Numbered from the stretch's first letter, positions 10,400-20,888 are shown. The stretch: DNA of 64,000 nt from an uncultured Planctomycetota bacterium (GCA_963849325.1 CAWKHF010000010.1:64001-128000), one strand, 5' to 3'. Numbers and translations are program-made. Notes: a model not told the origin generated them from the letters alone.

Positions 10400-10495
10400 T
10401 AGAAATCAACCTTGAATGCGTTGCAGCCAGCCTCAAAACATTGCAGCTCGCCAATGCGTTGCAAAGCTGCCCCATCGGTCAGGCGCAGCGTTTTG

Positions 10496-11551
10496 TCAGA
10501 TGGGCTTGGGGATCTTGGCCTGTTCCAGGTTGAGCAAATATTGCTTACGCCGTAGACCGCCGCCATAGCCGCCGAGAGCGCCGCTCTTGTTGACGACGCG
10601 GTGACACGGGATCAGGATGCCGATTCGGTTGAACCCGTTCGCGCGGCCGACCGCCCGCACCGCCTTCGGATCGCCGATGGCCGCCGCCAACTCGTGATAC
10701 GAACGGGTCTCGCCGTAAGGGATAAGTAACAACTGCTCCCAGACTCGCCGCTGGAAGGGCGTGCCGGGGAACACCAGCGGGACCGAAAACTCGCGGAGGG
10801 TGCCGGCGAAGTAGCTGTCGAGTTCCACCCGCAGCCGTTCGAGGTGCGGGTGGGCGCCGGGCAACACCGGCACCCGGAACAACCGCCGCACCGTCTCGAA
10901 CTGAGCCTCCAGCATCCGCCGATCCGTAAACTCCAGCAAACAGACTCCGCCGTCGGTGGCACCGGCCACGAGTGGGCCGAGCGGACTCTGCAACCAGGAG
11001 AGGAACACGCAGTCGTGGCCATGGCAGTCGCCCGGCGTGCAACCGACCGACTGCCCGAACGCCTCGCGGAAGCCGCTGAGAGATTCGTAGCCACTGGAAT
11101 AGGCGGCGCCGTCCAACGTCCCTCCGTTTCGGATGTCGGTGAAGGCGACCGAAAGCCGTCGGGCACGGGTGTAAGCCTGGAACGTCATGCCGTAGTGTTT
11201 GAGGAAGTGACGGCGGACGGTCGCCGGATCGATGCCGAGAGCCTGAAGGTTGCCATCGGTGATTCGCGCGGAAGGCTCGGCCTCGACCCGCGCCAGGAGC
11301 GCCGTCGCCCATTCCGGCTGGTTCGCCAGGGCCATCGGCCGACAGCGCTTGCACGGTCGGTAGCCGGCAAAGAGCGCTGTGGCGGCTGACGGGAAGTATT
11401 CGACGTTCTTGGGCAATGGACTCCGTGCGGGGCACGTCGGGCGGCAGAAGATTCCGGTCGTGCGGACCGCAACGAAGAAGATGCCATCGTAGGCGGGATC
11501 TCGGCGGAGATACGCCCTTTCCATTTCGACGACGGGTGGAAGTGTGTTCAT
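10496..11551 (-). CDS. ada: Bifunctional Ada regulator / O6-methylguanine-DNA methyltransferase
   Basis: GIFCRPTC and GYRPCKRC (Ada Zn site), AraC HTH, IPCHRV active site. Confidence 0.93.
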   Translation of the reverse strand: MNTLPPVVEMERAYLRRDPAYDGIFFVAVRTTGIFCRPTCPARSPLPKNVEYFPSAATALFAGYRPCKRCRPMALANQPEWATALLARVEAEPSARITDGNLQALGIDPATVRRHFLKHYGMTFQAYTRARRLSVAFTDIRNGGTLDGAAYSSGYESLSGFREAFGQSVGCTPGDCHGHDCVFLSWLQSPLGPLVAGATDGGVCLLEFTDRRMLEAQFETVRRLFRVPVLPGAHPHLERLRVELDSYFAGTLREFSVPLVFPGTPFQRRVWEQLLLIPYGETRSYHELAAAIGDPKAVRAVGRANGFNRIGILIPCHRVVNKSGALGGYGGGLRRKQYLLNLEQAKIPKPI

Positions 11552-11781
11552 GCCGTAGATGTATCACGTCAACCGACCGTATCGCTACCGGTTTTCAGGC
11601 GCGGTCATCGGAAACTTCATCCCCCGCGGATTCCTCTACCGCCGAACCCTTTCTTCGAGCGCGGCGGCGGACCCTAACACCGCTTCCGGCGTCTTCGACT
11701 GTGACTTTCGACGCCTCGATGACTGCAGTGTGGACACCAAAGTTACCGGCTTACTCTTCTCGTGCCAAGAGGCGACTGCGG

Positions 11782-12171
11782 TTAAAAGCGAATCCCTTCC
11801 GCGGTGAAGAACGAAGTTGCCAGCCAATTCAGGCCATGCCAACCGGCGGACAACAACCATACAACGCCTACAACCACGCCGAACACTCCGAGCCGGCCAC
11901 GCTTTCCTGCCCAACACAACGCCACGTAAGCCAAACCCTCCATCGCTATCGCTGTGCCAATGTACGGCCGGAAATGGCGGGCGACGTACTTGTCGATAGC
12001 CAGCCGCTCCGGGATGTCGAGGTCGGTGCCCCACTGGGATAAATCCAGTTCACTGACCCGCTGCTCGCCAGCGGCCACCACCGCCCAAGCAGCCAGGACG
12101 AAGCCAAGCGCCAGCAGGGGCAGTATCCAGTTCCGCTTGAAGAGCCAACTCGTAGCAGATGCGGTTGCCAT
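11782..12171 (-). CDS. Small membrane protein (about 3 TM segments)
   Basis: AGGAGG RBS and ATG at 12171; hydrophobic helices; merged into ORF 11782..13266 by read-through. Confidence 0.55.
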   Translation of the reverse strand: MATASATSWLFKRNWILPLLALGFVLAAWAVVAAGEQRVSELDLSQWGTDLDIPERLAIDKYVARHFRPYIGTAIAMEGLAYVALCWAGKRGRLGVFGVVVGVVWLLSAGWHGLNWLATSFFTAEGIRF

Positions 12172-12239
12172 CCGTGGCCTCCTTCTCCGAACCCTTTCTT
12201 CGAGCGTGCTGGCGCACCCGAACGCCGCTATCTCAAGCT

Positions 12240-13176
12240 CATGGTGATCCTCCGCTAAGCGACATCTTCCTGGTTGCCGGTTTCCCACGGTCGAAGCGTT
12301 GGGCAGGGACGAGAATGGAAACGGCCGACGTTTGCCGAGGCACAACTGGACGGGCCGCACCACTTCCACGGCGGGCCGGAAGGTCAGCCGGCAAAGGAGG
12401 GCGGTCTCGGCGTCCAGCTCGCGGGCGGCCTCCTGCCAGTCGGGCAGCCAGCAGACCAGTTCGTACTGGCCGGGTGGCACCTGTGCCAGCGCGAAATGGC
12501 CGTCGGCATCGCTCCAGGTGTAATAGGGATGATCGTCCACGAAGAGCCGGCCGCGCATCCAGAAATACCCGCAGCCGCTCGCCAGCTCAACGATGCCGGG
12601 GCGGTCGAAGTGCTGCGTGCGTGGTTGATCGGGGTCGGGGAAGGTGCGCGTGAAGAAGGCGGCGCCCCGGACCTGGAGAGCGTGGAAAATATTCTGGCGC
12701 GAGACCAACGTGACCGGTTCGCCGCGATGGACGAAGCCGCACGGGCGCTCCGCATCGCCCTGGTAGACGTGGACCTGGTAGTCGCGCAGCTCGACGCGGA
12801 CGGGCGGATGGTCCCAGGGTCGCCCCCCGTATGGATCGATGCCGCGCAGGAACACGACCGCGCCGGCCACGGCTTTCGTCCGCGGATCGATGCGCGGCGC
12901 GTTGGGGTTGGGCCAATCGCGGCGGGGGCCGCCGCTGTGTTCCACGCCCGGGCTGACCGGGGCGCGATAGGGCGGCACCACGGGGAGCGCTCCATCCCAG
13001 GTCACGCGGCCCTCGATCGATCCGGCCGACGCGGGGTCGAAATCGCGGCCAGTCTCCGGGACGGGATCGGCCGGTGTCTCGGGAAGGGGGGTGCTATCCT
13101 CGCAGCCGGACGCGATAGCCGCGCCAAGCAAAACCAGACAGCCGATGAGCCGCAGCGAGGAGAATCCGTACACCAT
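12240..13176 (-). CDS. Lipoprotein with carboxypeptidase-regulatory-like/cupredoxin-like beta-sandwich domains (3' end uncertain)
   Basis: Lipobox IASGC; GSIEGRVTW; HPYYTWSDADGHFALAQVPPGQYELVCW. Confidence 0.7.
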
Positions 13177-13330
13177 TACCCCATCCCGCGAAAAGGAGTG
13201 GACCCGCCGAAGAGGCGCAGTCCGGGCGCGGCCTGGGGTGTACACCAGATTGATGCGGCCGGACAAGAGAGAATTCCAGGGCAGGCGGCGCAGTCAGACC
13301 ACGCTGGACCGAAAATAGGGAGAATGGAGC

Positions 13331-14005
13331 ATGCGCGAAAAGGCCATCGTATCGTGGAGCGGCGGCAAGGACAGCGCCCTGGCGCTCTACGAGGCCGCCG
13401 AAGAATACAACATCGTCGCACTGCTCACCACCGTGACCAGCGAGTACGATCGCATCAGCATGCATGGCGTGCGGACGTGTCTGCTCGAACAGCAGGCGGA
13501 GGCGCTGGGCTATCCGCTGGAGCAGGTCGGCATTCCGCCGCGCTGCGGCAACGACGAGTACGAGGCTCGGATGCGCGCGGCGCTGGCGCGGCATCGTTCG
13601 GCCGGCGTCTCGCGCGTCATCTGCGGCGACATCTTCCTGCAAGACGTGCGACGCTACCGCGAGGAGCGCTTGCTGGGCGAGGGACTCACGGGCGTCTTCC
13701 CGCTGTGGCAGCGCGACAGCGGCGAGTTGGCCCGTCGCTTCATCGGCCTGGGTTTCCGCGCCGTGTTGTGTTGCGTCGATACGCAGGCCATCAACGCGCG
13801 TTTCGCCGGGCGCGTCTACGACGAGAGTTTGCTGGCCGAGCTACCGCCAACGGCCGATGTCTGCGGCGAGAACGGCGAGTTCCATACCTTCGTCTTCGCC
13901 GGCCCGAACTTTGCCCGGCCGGTGCCGTACACGCTCGGCGAGTACGTTCTCCGCGAGGGGCGCTTCGGTTATCGGGACTTGTTGCCGGTCGAAATCCGAG
14001 CCTGA
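13331..14005 (+). CDS. Dph6/MJ0570-type ATP pyrophosphatase (diphthamide synthase family)
   Basis: SWSGGKDS PP-loop, GDIFL, CGENGEFHTFV. Confidence 0.9.
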   Translation: MREKAIVSWSGGKDSALALYEAAEEYNIVALLTTVTSEYDRISMHGVRTCLLEQQAEALGYPLEQVGIPPRCGNDEYEARMRAALARHRSAGVSRVICGDIFLQDVRRYREERLLGEGLTGVFPLWQRDSGELARRFIGLGFRAVLCCVDTQAINARFAGRVYDESLLAELPPTADVCGENGEFHTFVFAGPNFARPVPYTLGEYVLREGRFGYRDLLPVEIRA

Positions 14006-14049
14006 AGCGTAAGCGAAGAAATCCCTTCGCTTACGCTTCAGGCTCGGAT
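13994..14049. repeat. REP-like palindrome, possible terminator
   Basis: Perfect 25-bp arms ATCCGAGCCTGAAGCGTAAGCGAAG with a 6-nt loop. Confidence 0.8.
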
Positions 14050-14252
14050 CATTTCGTGAACCCGGCGAGCGTCCACTGCGTAAAATGAAATAGAAGAGGT
14101 CTCACGGCCTTCGCCCCCTGACACGTCTTGACGGCGGGCAAGCCTCGGAACGGCCCTCTTCCATACGGAACCCTCAACCTCCGGTCCTTCGTGCCCCGCT
14201 CAGTCCGCGCGCCGGCCTGACCGTGGGCCGTCACCTGAAAGGATCCACATCG

Positions 14253-15809
14253 ATGGGACGAAAGAGTATCGTCAGCGTCTGTCTCTCGGCCGGCGTCCTG
14301 GCCGGCACCATCCTCGGCGGCTCATTCCTCAAGGGACAGGTCCAGCCGTCCCCCGCCGCTCCGCCCGAAGTGACGTCTTTCCGCGACGTGGTTCAGAAAG
14401 TCCTGCCCGCCGTCGTCAGCATCGAACGGCGTTTCAAGCCCGTCGCCCACACCAGGGCATCCGATTCCGCCGCTCAACCGGAACAAATGCGGAAGTTTTT
14501 CAAGGAATTCTCCCTGCCCGGCTCTACCGACCGGCAGCTTCCCGACGACCTGCGTAAATTCTTCGAGCAATTCCAGAATCAGCCGTTCGACATGCCCGAG
14601 ACGCCGCGACGCCAGCATGGCTTCGGCTCCGGCTTCCTTATCGACCCCAGCGGCGTGATTGTCACCAACCATCATGTCGTGGACGGCGCCGACGAGGTGG
14701 TGGTCGAGCTGCGCGACGGCCGCAAGTTCGTCTCGCACGACATCAAGAGCGATCCGAAAACCGACCTGGCCATCGTCCGCATCCACAGTAAGGAGCCGCT
14801 GCCCTCGCTGTCGTTCGGCGACAGCGGCCAGATGGAGATTGGCGATCGCGTGCTGGCCGTCGGCGCGCCGTTCGGCCTGGCGGGCACGGTCACGTCCGGC
14901 ATCGTCAGCGCCAAGGGCCGCAACATTCACCTGAACATGTACGAGGATTTCTTGCAGACCGATGCAGCCATTAATCCCGGCAACAGCGGCGGCCCGCTGG
15001 TCAACGTGCGCGGCGAAGTGATTGGCGTCAACTCGGCGATCAAGAGCCGCAGCGGCGGCTTCCAGGGCGTCGGATTGGCCATCGCTTCCAACCTGACCCG
15101 CACGATCACGCGGCAGCTGCTTCAGGATGGTGTGGTGCATCGCGGTTATCTCGGCGTGCAGATCAAAGACCTCGATGCCGCGGTAGCCGCTCGCCTCGGT
15201 CTGGACAAGCACAAGGGCGTGCTGGTGGCGAAGGTGTTCGATGCTTCGCCGGCCGCCAAGGCCGGCCTGAAGGACGGCAACGTCGTCACGGCGCTGGCCG
15301 GCAAGCCGGTCGAGAATGGCCGTGATTTACAAACCGTCGTCGCTGCTCTCCCGCTGAACAAGCCGGTGAGCGTGACCATCGTGCGCGATGGCGCATCCAG
15401 GGAACTGCACGTGACGGTTGCGGAACAGCCGTCCGAGTTCGGGGTGGCCAAGGAGACGCCGCGGCAGGGGCCGAAAACAGAGAAGAAGACGGAGGAGCTG
15501 GACAAGCTCGGCATCGAGGTCGCGGACCTGACGCCGGAGATGGCGAAGCAGCTCGGCCACAAGGAGGGGACCACTGGCGTCGTCATCATGAGGGTGCAGC
15601 CGGACAGCCTGGCCGCGGAGGCGGGACTGCGTCGCGGCATGTTGCTGGTCAAGGTGGACCGTAAGGCCGTCAAGGACGCCGCGGCCGTGCGCGAGGTCGT
15701 CGCCAAGGCGGCGCTCGACAAGGGCGTTCTGCTGCAAGTGCGGACCTCCGAGGGCGCCACGGATTTCGTGCTGGTCAAGGTGCCGACGGCGACCGCCGAG
15801 AAGAAATAA
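14253..15809 (+). CDS. degP: Periplasmic serine protease Do/HtrA with two PDZ domains
   Basis: GSGFLI, TNHHVV, DLAIV, DAAINPGNSGGPL, two PDZ domains. Confidence 0.92.
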   Translation: MGRKSIVSVCLSAGVLAGTILGGSFLKGQVQPSPAAPPEVTSFRDVVQKVLPAVVSIERRFKPVAHTRASDSAAQPEQMRKFFKEFSLPGSTDRQLPDDLRKFFEQFQNQPFDMPETPRRQHGFGSGFLIDPSGVIVTNHHVVDGADEVVVELRDGRKFVSHDIKSDPKTDLAIVRIHSKEPLPSLSFGDSGQMEIGDRVLAVGAPFGLAGTVTSGIVSAKGRNIHLNMYEDFLQTDAAINPGNSGGPLVNVRGEVIGVNSAIKSRSGGFQGVGLAIASNLTRTITRQLLQDGVVHRGYLGVQIKDLDAAVAARLGLDKHKGVLVAKVFDASPAAKAGLKDGNVVTALAGKPVENGRDLQTVVAALPLNKPVSVTIVRDGASRELHVTVAEQPSEFGVAKETPRQGPKTEKKTEELDKLGIEVADLTPEMAKQLGHKEGTTGVVIMRVQPDSLAAEAGLRRGMLLVKVDRKAVKDAAAVREVVAKAALDKGVLLQVRTSEGATDFVLVKVPTATAEKK

Positions 15810-15840
15810 AAAAAGCGAACGGACAGGAAACCGTCGGATT

Positions 15841-15892
15841 CCGCAGCGTCAGCGAGGGAAGGTCAACCCTGGCTGACGCTGCGGGCTCTTTT
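15841..15892. terminator. REP-like hairpin / terminator after degP
   Basis: CCGCAGCGTCAGCGAGGG...CCCTGGCTGACGCTGCGG followed by CTCTTTT. Confidence 0.55.
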
Positions 15893-16024
15893 CGGTGTAT
15901 GATGATGGGAACGGCCCAGTCGGCGAGCGAAAGCCGCCATGCTTGGCCGTTGTCTCCAGGAGGGTTCGCCTCCGAGACGAGAATCAGAGGACGGCCTCGT
16001 CCCCCTCATCGCAAGGAGGCTCCC

Positions 16025-16960
16025 ATGCCCTCGGAACGCGCCGCCCAGTACACGGCCCTGAGCGACGACATCCAGGCGTTTCGCCATTACATCCAGTCCG
16101 AGCGCGGCCTGGCCGCGAACACCCTGCTGGCCTACGGCCGTGACCTCGACCGCTACGCGCAATGGGTCGCCGGCGATGGTTTGGCGTCCTACCTGTCGCC
16201 CAGCTTGCGCGACCTGAGCCACTACCTCGAATTCCTGCGCGGCGAACGTCTGGCGCCGCCGAGCGTCGCCCGTCACCTCGTCGCCCTGAAAATGTTCTAC
16301 CGCTTCCTCCGCCTGGAGGAGCGCACCACGGAGAGCACGGTTGAGCTGCTCAGTTCGCCGGCCCTGTGGGAACGCATCCCGCACGTGCTCAGTCCCGACA
16401 GCGTGACGAAACTGCTGGCGGCGCCGCAGCCGCTGGACCGCTATTTCTTGCGCGACCGGGCCATTCTGGAGACGCTTTACGCCACCGGCAGCCGGGCGTC
16501 GGAGGTGGTCGGGCTGAAGATGGAGGATCTGTACCTGGATTCGGCCTTCTGCAAGTGCTTCGGCAAAGGCAGCAAGCAGCGCATCGTACCGCTGGGTCGT
16601 CCGGCGATTGCCGCGCTGCGGAGTTATCTGGAAGAACTGCGGCCGCGTCTGGTGCGGACGGCGCAGGAGGCACCGTGGGTGTTCGTCAGTCGCGGCGGAC
16701 GAGTACTGACGCGCGAAATGCTGTGGATACTGGTCAAGAAGTACGTCCAGCGTGCCGGCATCAACGGCAAGGTCAGTCCGCACACGCTGCGGCACAGTTT
16801 CGCCACGCACCTGCTGGCCGGCGGCGCCGACCTTCGCACCGTACAGGAGCTACTCGGCCATGCCAACATCCGCACCACCCAGCAGTACACGCACGTCGAT
16901 CGAGAGCGCCTTCGTGCCATCCACCGCCAGTTTCATCCGCGCGGCAACTCCGAGTTCTGA
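16025..16960 (+). CDS. xerD: Site-specific tyrosine recombinase XerD
   Basis: LYATGSRASE, GKGSKQR, SPHTLRHSFATHLL, LLGHANIRTTQQYTHV, FHPR C-terminus. Confidence 0.92.
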   Translation: MPSERAAQYTALSDDIQAFRHYIQSERGLAANTLLAYGRDLDRYAQWVAGDGLASYLSPSLRDLSHYLEFLRGERLAPPSVARHLVALKMFYRFLRLEERTTESTVELLSSPALWERIPHVLSPDSVTKLLAAPQPLDRYFLRDRAILETLYATGSRASEVVGLKMEDLYLDSAFCKCFGKGSKQRIVPLGRPAIAALRSYLEELRPRLVRTAQEAPWVFVSRGGRVLTREMLWILVKKYVQRAGINGKVSPHTLRHSFATHLLAGGADLRTVQELLGHANIRTTQQYTHVDRERLRAIHRQFHPRGNSEF

Positions 16961-17009
16961 GTTCTGAGTGAAAAACGAGGGTTCTTTTTCACTCAGAACT
17001 CGGAACTTG
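16950..17009. repeat. Heptamer-repeat hairpin (GAGTTCT) between convergent genes
   Basis: GAGTTCTGAGTTCTGAGTGAAAAA...TTTTTCACTCAGAACTCGGAACT. Confidence 0.7.
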
Positions 17010-17142
17010 ATTTTTTCAGGGGGCGAGCTTGATGACCTCCGGCGGGATAGGATGCGGCACCGCCTCGGCCGGCATCTTGGCCAGGACTTTGCGAACGGGC
17101 TTCGTCGGCCAGGGCACGGACCAACAATAGGCATACTTCTCT

Positions 17143-18204
17143 TCATCGTGCCGGCGGCGGATTCTTGATGCCGCGGTCCTCCATCACCTTGTTCAGTTGC
17201 TTGATGATGGAGTCGATCGATCGCAGCTTGTCGTCCAGCAGTTTGCCGCCGCTGAGGCTCGTCCGCGCGATGGTCATCGTGCCGGTGTTTTTCAAATCGA
17301 CCTTCTTGCCGTTGGCGAATTGGAGGGCGTTCATGTAGTTCTTCGCCAGGTTGAAGGCGTTCTGGTCGCCGTCGCCGAAGACGAAGGCGGTGGGGATCTT
17401 GCTTTCGCGGGCCACGTCCACCAGGGCCGAACGGACGGCCTGGCTGACGGAGCGGCCGGCCAACGAGGGACTGATGGACAGCCAGATGGCTCCGGCGAAG
17501 TCCTTGCTCTCCGGCTCGTCCAGGTTCAGAAAGCGGGGATTGGACAACTGTCCCAATCCCACGGGCAGGCGGTCGGAATCCTTGTCCTTCTGCCGGCGGC
17601 ATTCGGCGGCCATCCACATGGCGCCCAGGGCGGCGCCGTCGCCGGCGCCGATGACGAACAGGTTGGAGGTATTGACGTCGCCGTTATCGTTGCGCACGTC
17701 CAGGTAGGCCCGGGCCGAGGCGATGTCGTTGATCAGCATGTTGTAATAAATGTTGGGGAAGTTTTTCTGATTGATCGCCGCCGCCGGCTGCTTGGCGCCG
17801 CCGTGAAATTCTTTGAGGATGTGGTTGGACCGGAAAGACCAGAACTTGATACCGACCGAGGTGCTGCCGCCGAAGCCGCGGAAGTCAAACTGCAGGACGG
17901 CGTAGCCTTCCTTTTGCAGACGAGCGGCCAGGTTGTCCCAGCCGTCCTTGTGACTGCCGCCGCCGCCGCGATGCGTGAAATCGTGGAGCAGGAGCACCGT
18001 CGCTTCCTTGTCTTTCTTCCCCGCCGCGGGCACGCTGGGATAGAACGTGCCGGATAGCTCCATGTTGTCGAACGTCGGCATCGTGACGCGGCTGGACTCG
18101 ACTTTCTCTTTCTCGTCCGCGGCCCAGCCACGGCCCGTCCCGGCCAGCATGGCCAGGGAGAGACCCACCCCCAGGGCGAGACGTGAACGCAACAAGGTCC
18201 GCAT
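17143..18204 (-). CDS. Secreted alpha/beta-hydrolase-fold protein lacking the catalytic Ser
   Basis: Signal peptide, VLLLHD, FDFRGFG; nucleophile elbow reads GAGDG. Confidence 0.75.
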   Translation of the reverse strand: MRTLLRSRLALGVGLSLAMLAGTGRGWAADEKEKVESSRVTMPTFDNMELSGTFYPSVPAAGKKDKEATVLLLHDFTHRGGGGSHKDGWDNLAARLQKEGYAVLQFDFRGFGGSTSVGIKFWSFRSNHILKEFHGGAKQPAAAINQKNFPNIYYNMLINDIASARAYLDVRNDNGDVNTSNLFVIGAGDGAALGAMWMAAECRRQKDKDSDRLPVGLGQLSNPRFLNLDEPESKDFAGAIWLSISPSLAGRSVSQAVRSALVDVARESKIPTAFVFGDGDQNAFNLAKNYMNALQFANGKKVDLKNTGTMTIARTSLSGGKLLDDKLRSIDSIIKQLNKVMEDRGIKNPPPAR

Positions 18205-18309
18205 GTCGATCCCCTCTTAAATGACGTGCTCCCCACCGATATACTTGTGATCTTAAAGCCTGCTCGCGCCGGTCAAGCAACAGCGGGTCGCCTCGGAGGG
18301 AGGATCGGC

Positions 18310-19089
18310 TCATCGCGGCGCACGGACGAGGAGCGGCAGCAGGTAGCCGCGCACGAACCCATCCTGCAACGTGCCATAGTGGGAGCCGCGATTGCCGCTC
18401 CATGCGACGCACGGCTCCCACGGGTGATGGCGCAGCTTGGCGTAGAGAAACTCGTCGCCGGGACAGGTCAGAAGCGGAGTGAAGCCCACCCGCCCGGCCG
18501 CGGCGGACCAGCGGTTATCGGCCGTGCCGATGATACTCGTGCCGAGGCCCAAGGCCCCCACGTCGCGCCGACTGGCGAACACGTCGATGCCCTGCCGGCT
18601 CGCGCAGGGCGGGCCGCAGATCGTAATGCCTCGACACCGCCGGGGCCAGCAAGACGATGCGTTCGATTGATCCAGGCGGCAACGTCTCGGCGGCGGCGAG
18701 GACGACGGCCGAGCCGCTGCTGTGTCCGACCAGGTAGATGGCGTGTTCCGGACAGCCCGGATACGAAGCGGCGATCCGCGCCGCGAGTCGGCGGCCCTGT
18801 TCGACGTGGTTGCAATGGTCCACGTGATCGGTCAGTAGGCGGCGGTAGCCATGCGACCAGACGAACGTTTCGATGCGCAGCGGTACGGCCTGCTCATGGA
18901 TCGCTTGGCACAGGGCGATCGAGGTGGTGCGATAGTCGCCGGAGCCGTCGGCGACGAAGACGACGTCGGACTCCGGCGCCAGGCTGCCGCACACCACCGG
19001 CCGCGGCCGAGGGCCGGCGCATCCGGCCGCGAGAGCGAGGACGCCCAGCACAAGCAGTCGTGGCAGGCAGGACGTCGGCACGATAGCAT
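18310..19089 (-). CDS. Alpha/beta hydrolase lipoprotein (frameshifted)
   Basis: LAAGC lipobox, VGHSSG, VLLAPAVS, GSHYG. Confidence 0.7.
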
Positions 19090-19265
19090 CCTCGCCAGGG
19101 AGGCGATGGGAAAGGCAACGCTCTATTGTAAGTGGCCCGCGCACGGCGAGAAGAGTCAGGTGGGCAAGGGGGACGGGCGAAACGGCGCGACGTGGCCGCA
19201 TGTCCGGCAGAGGCGGCAAGGTTTGCGGAGACTCGCCGAACGGGCCAAACGCTTTCGCCGGCGGT

Positions 19266-20064
19266 TCAACTGCTGGCGCTGCGATACGACTGCAAGGCGC
19301 GACGGAAAAAACGCCGACTCACCATCAGCATCCCCATCGCCGCGAAGATCGTCCAGGCGATGAAGCGCGGGTCGAGCGCCTTGATCATCGTATCGGCCGG
19401 GACGTTGACCACCACGAGAACGGGAATGATGAAGGTAAAGAACCAACCGAACGGCCGCGCCCACGGGCCGTCGTAGATGGCCCGGGGGTAGCGCATCAGG
19501 GTCGTGAACAGCCACCACATTTCCATCAGGCTCTGGTTGCGCACGAACCACACCGCCGTACACGTCAGCATCAACAGGAAGCTGTACGCCAGGGCACAGC
19601 CGCAAATCAGCAACACCAGGAACAAGGTGAGACGAAGGGGGTCGAAAGTCCAGTGCGTGACGACCAGCGCGGCGATCATGATGCCGATTCCCTGCACGAT
19701 GTTCGGCAGGGTGGACCAATCCACCCAGCGGCAACTGATGAGGAACTGTTCGTCAATTGGCTTAAGCAGGTACAGATCGAGATTGCCCGAGCGCACCAAC
19801 TCCGCGAACTCGATACAGTTGGACAGGAAGAACGTCTCGACGATGCCGGCCAGCGTGTAGTGACAGCCGATGAAGAAGAAGTATTCCGCGGCCCCAACCG
19901 GCGATGCTCGACGTGTTCTCGAACAACTTCCAGTAGAAAACCAGAAGAATGCCCAGCCAGAGCACCTCGACGAACAGCTTGACGAGGAAGTTGGCGCGGA
20001 AGGCCATTTCGGTCGCCAGGCCGAAGCGCGTGAAGGCGGCGAACAGGCGGAAGTAGCGCGACAT
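19266..20064 (-). CDS. ABC-2 family permease (DUF990 type), frameshifted
   Basis: FRANFL, VRSGNLDLYLLKPID, RYPRAIY, YRSASS C-terminus. Confidence 0.85.
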
Positions 20065-20069
20065 GCCCT

Positions 20070-20888
20070 CTAGCCTCCATAAGCGCTGTAACGGCGTAAC
20101 CCGCGTGCGAGCAGTCCGCGCGACAGGGCGATGAGGACTACGGCCCAGGCCAGCTCCAGCAGTAAACCCTCGACCAGGGCCGGGCCTTGCACTTCGCGGA
20201 GGAAGACGACGGCGGGGAAGTACGCCAGGTACTGGAAGGGCAGGAATTTGAGCACGGTGTCCCAGGGTGGGCCGAGCAGATCGAGCGGGAACATCTGGCC
20301 GGAGACGAAGTAATTCATCGTGTTGACCACCCACAATAGCAACGTCACTTCGAGGAACCAGAAGCCGGCCATGCCCATCGACGCCTCGAAAAAGAAGCCA
20401 ATGACGAAGGCCAGCAGCAGCGCGGCCACGTAGGCCAGCAGGGTCAGCGCATCGGGCCAAAGGCCGACGAAGTAGCCGGAACAGAGGAGGAACAGGCCGG
20501 CGTAAGGCCCGGCCGAGGTCGTAATGTAGGCGACCTTGTGAGCGGCCCGGTACGACAGCAGATAGCCGATCATGTCCAGCGGTTGGAGGAGGTATTTCTT
20601 CAGCGTGCCCTCGCGGATGTCGCGGGCAATCGCCGCCGACAGGCCGGGCATGCTGGAGAACATGCGGCTAATGTGGATGAGCAGCAAGTAGGCGATCATT
20701 TTGTGCTCGCTGAAGCCGGCGATGCGCCGCTGCGGAGTACCGGCATAGACCGCCTTCCACAACAGGATGGTCGTGATGACCGGGAAGAAGCGAAGGACGG
20801 TGCCCAGCAGGAAATCGCCGCGATAGGCCATGCGCTCGATGAGCGAGACGCGAAAAATGTTGACGTACTTACGAACGGCCAGCCCCAC
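20070..20888 (-). CDS. ABC-2 family permease (DUF990 type)
   Basis: YRGDF, IREGTLKKYLLQP, SGQMFPLD, YSAYGG C-terminus. Confidence 0.87.
   Translation of the reverse strand: MGLAVRKYVNIFRVSLIERMAYRGDFLLGTVLRFFPVITTILLWKAVYAGTPQRRIAGFSEHKMIAYLLLIHISRMFSSMPGLSAAIARDIREGTLKKYLLQPLDMIGYLLSYRAAHKVAYITTSAGPYAGLFLLCSGYFVGLWPDALTLLAYVAALLLAFVIGFFFEASMGMAGFWFLEVTLLLWVVNTMNYFVSGQMFPLDLLGPPWDTVLKFLPFQYLAYFPAVVFLREVQGPALVEGLLLELAWAVVLIALSRGLLARGLRRYSAYGG

Larger units (their letters stand above)
7028..10471. mobile_element. Cargo-carrying DDE transposon with terminal inverted repeats
   Basis: AGCTTTGCAACGCATTG (7028-7044) and its exact reverse complement (10452-10468); CCATCG direct repeat at 7022-7027 and 10472-10477; encloses a transposase and two other genes; lower GC. 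Confidence 0.8.

Noticed and set aside
12274-14088. Long alternative-frame and antisense ORFs (e.g. 604 aa here, also 5028..6248 and 21460..22899)
   Set aside because: They are shadow ORFs of real genes in high-GC DNA, Arg/Gly-rich and without recognisable motifs.
16025-16960. Tyrosine recombinase as the integrase of a mobile element
   Set aside because: It has typical chromosomal XerD features (FHPR C-terminus, host-like GC) and no att sites or cargo nearby.
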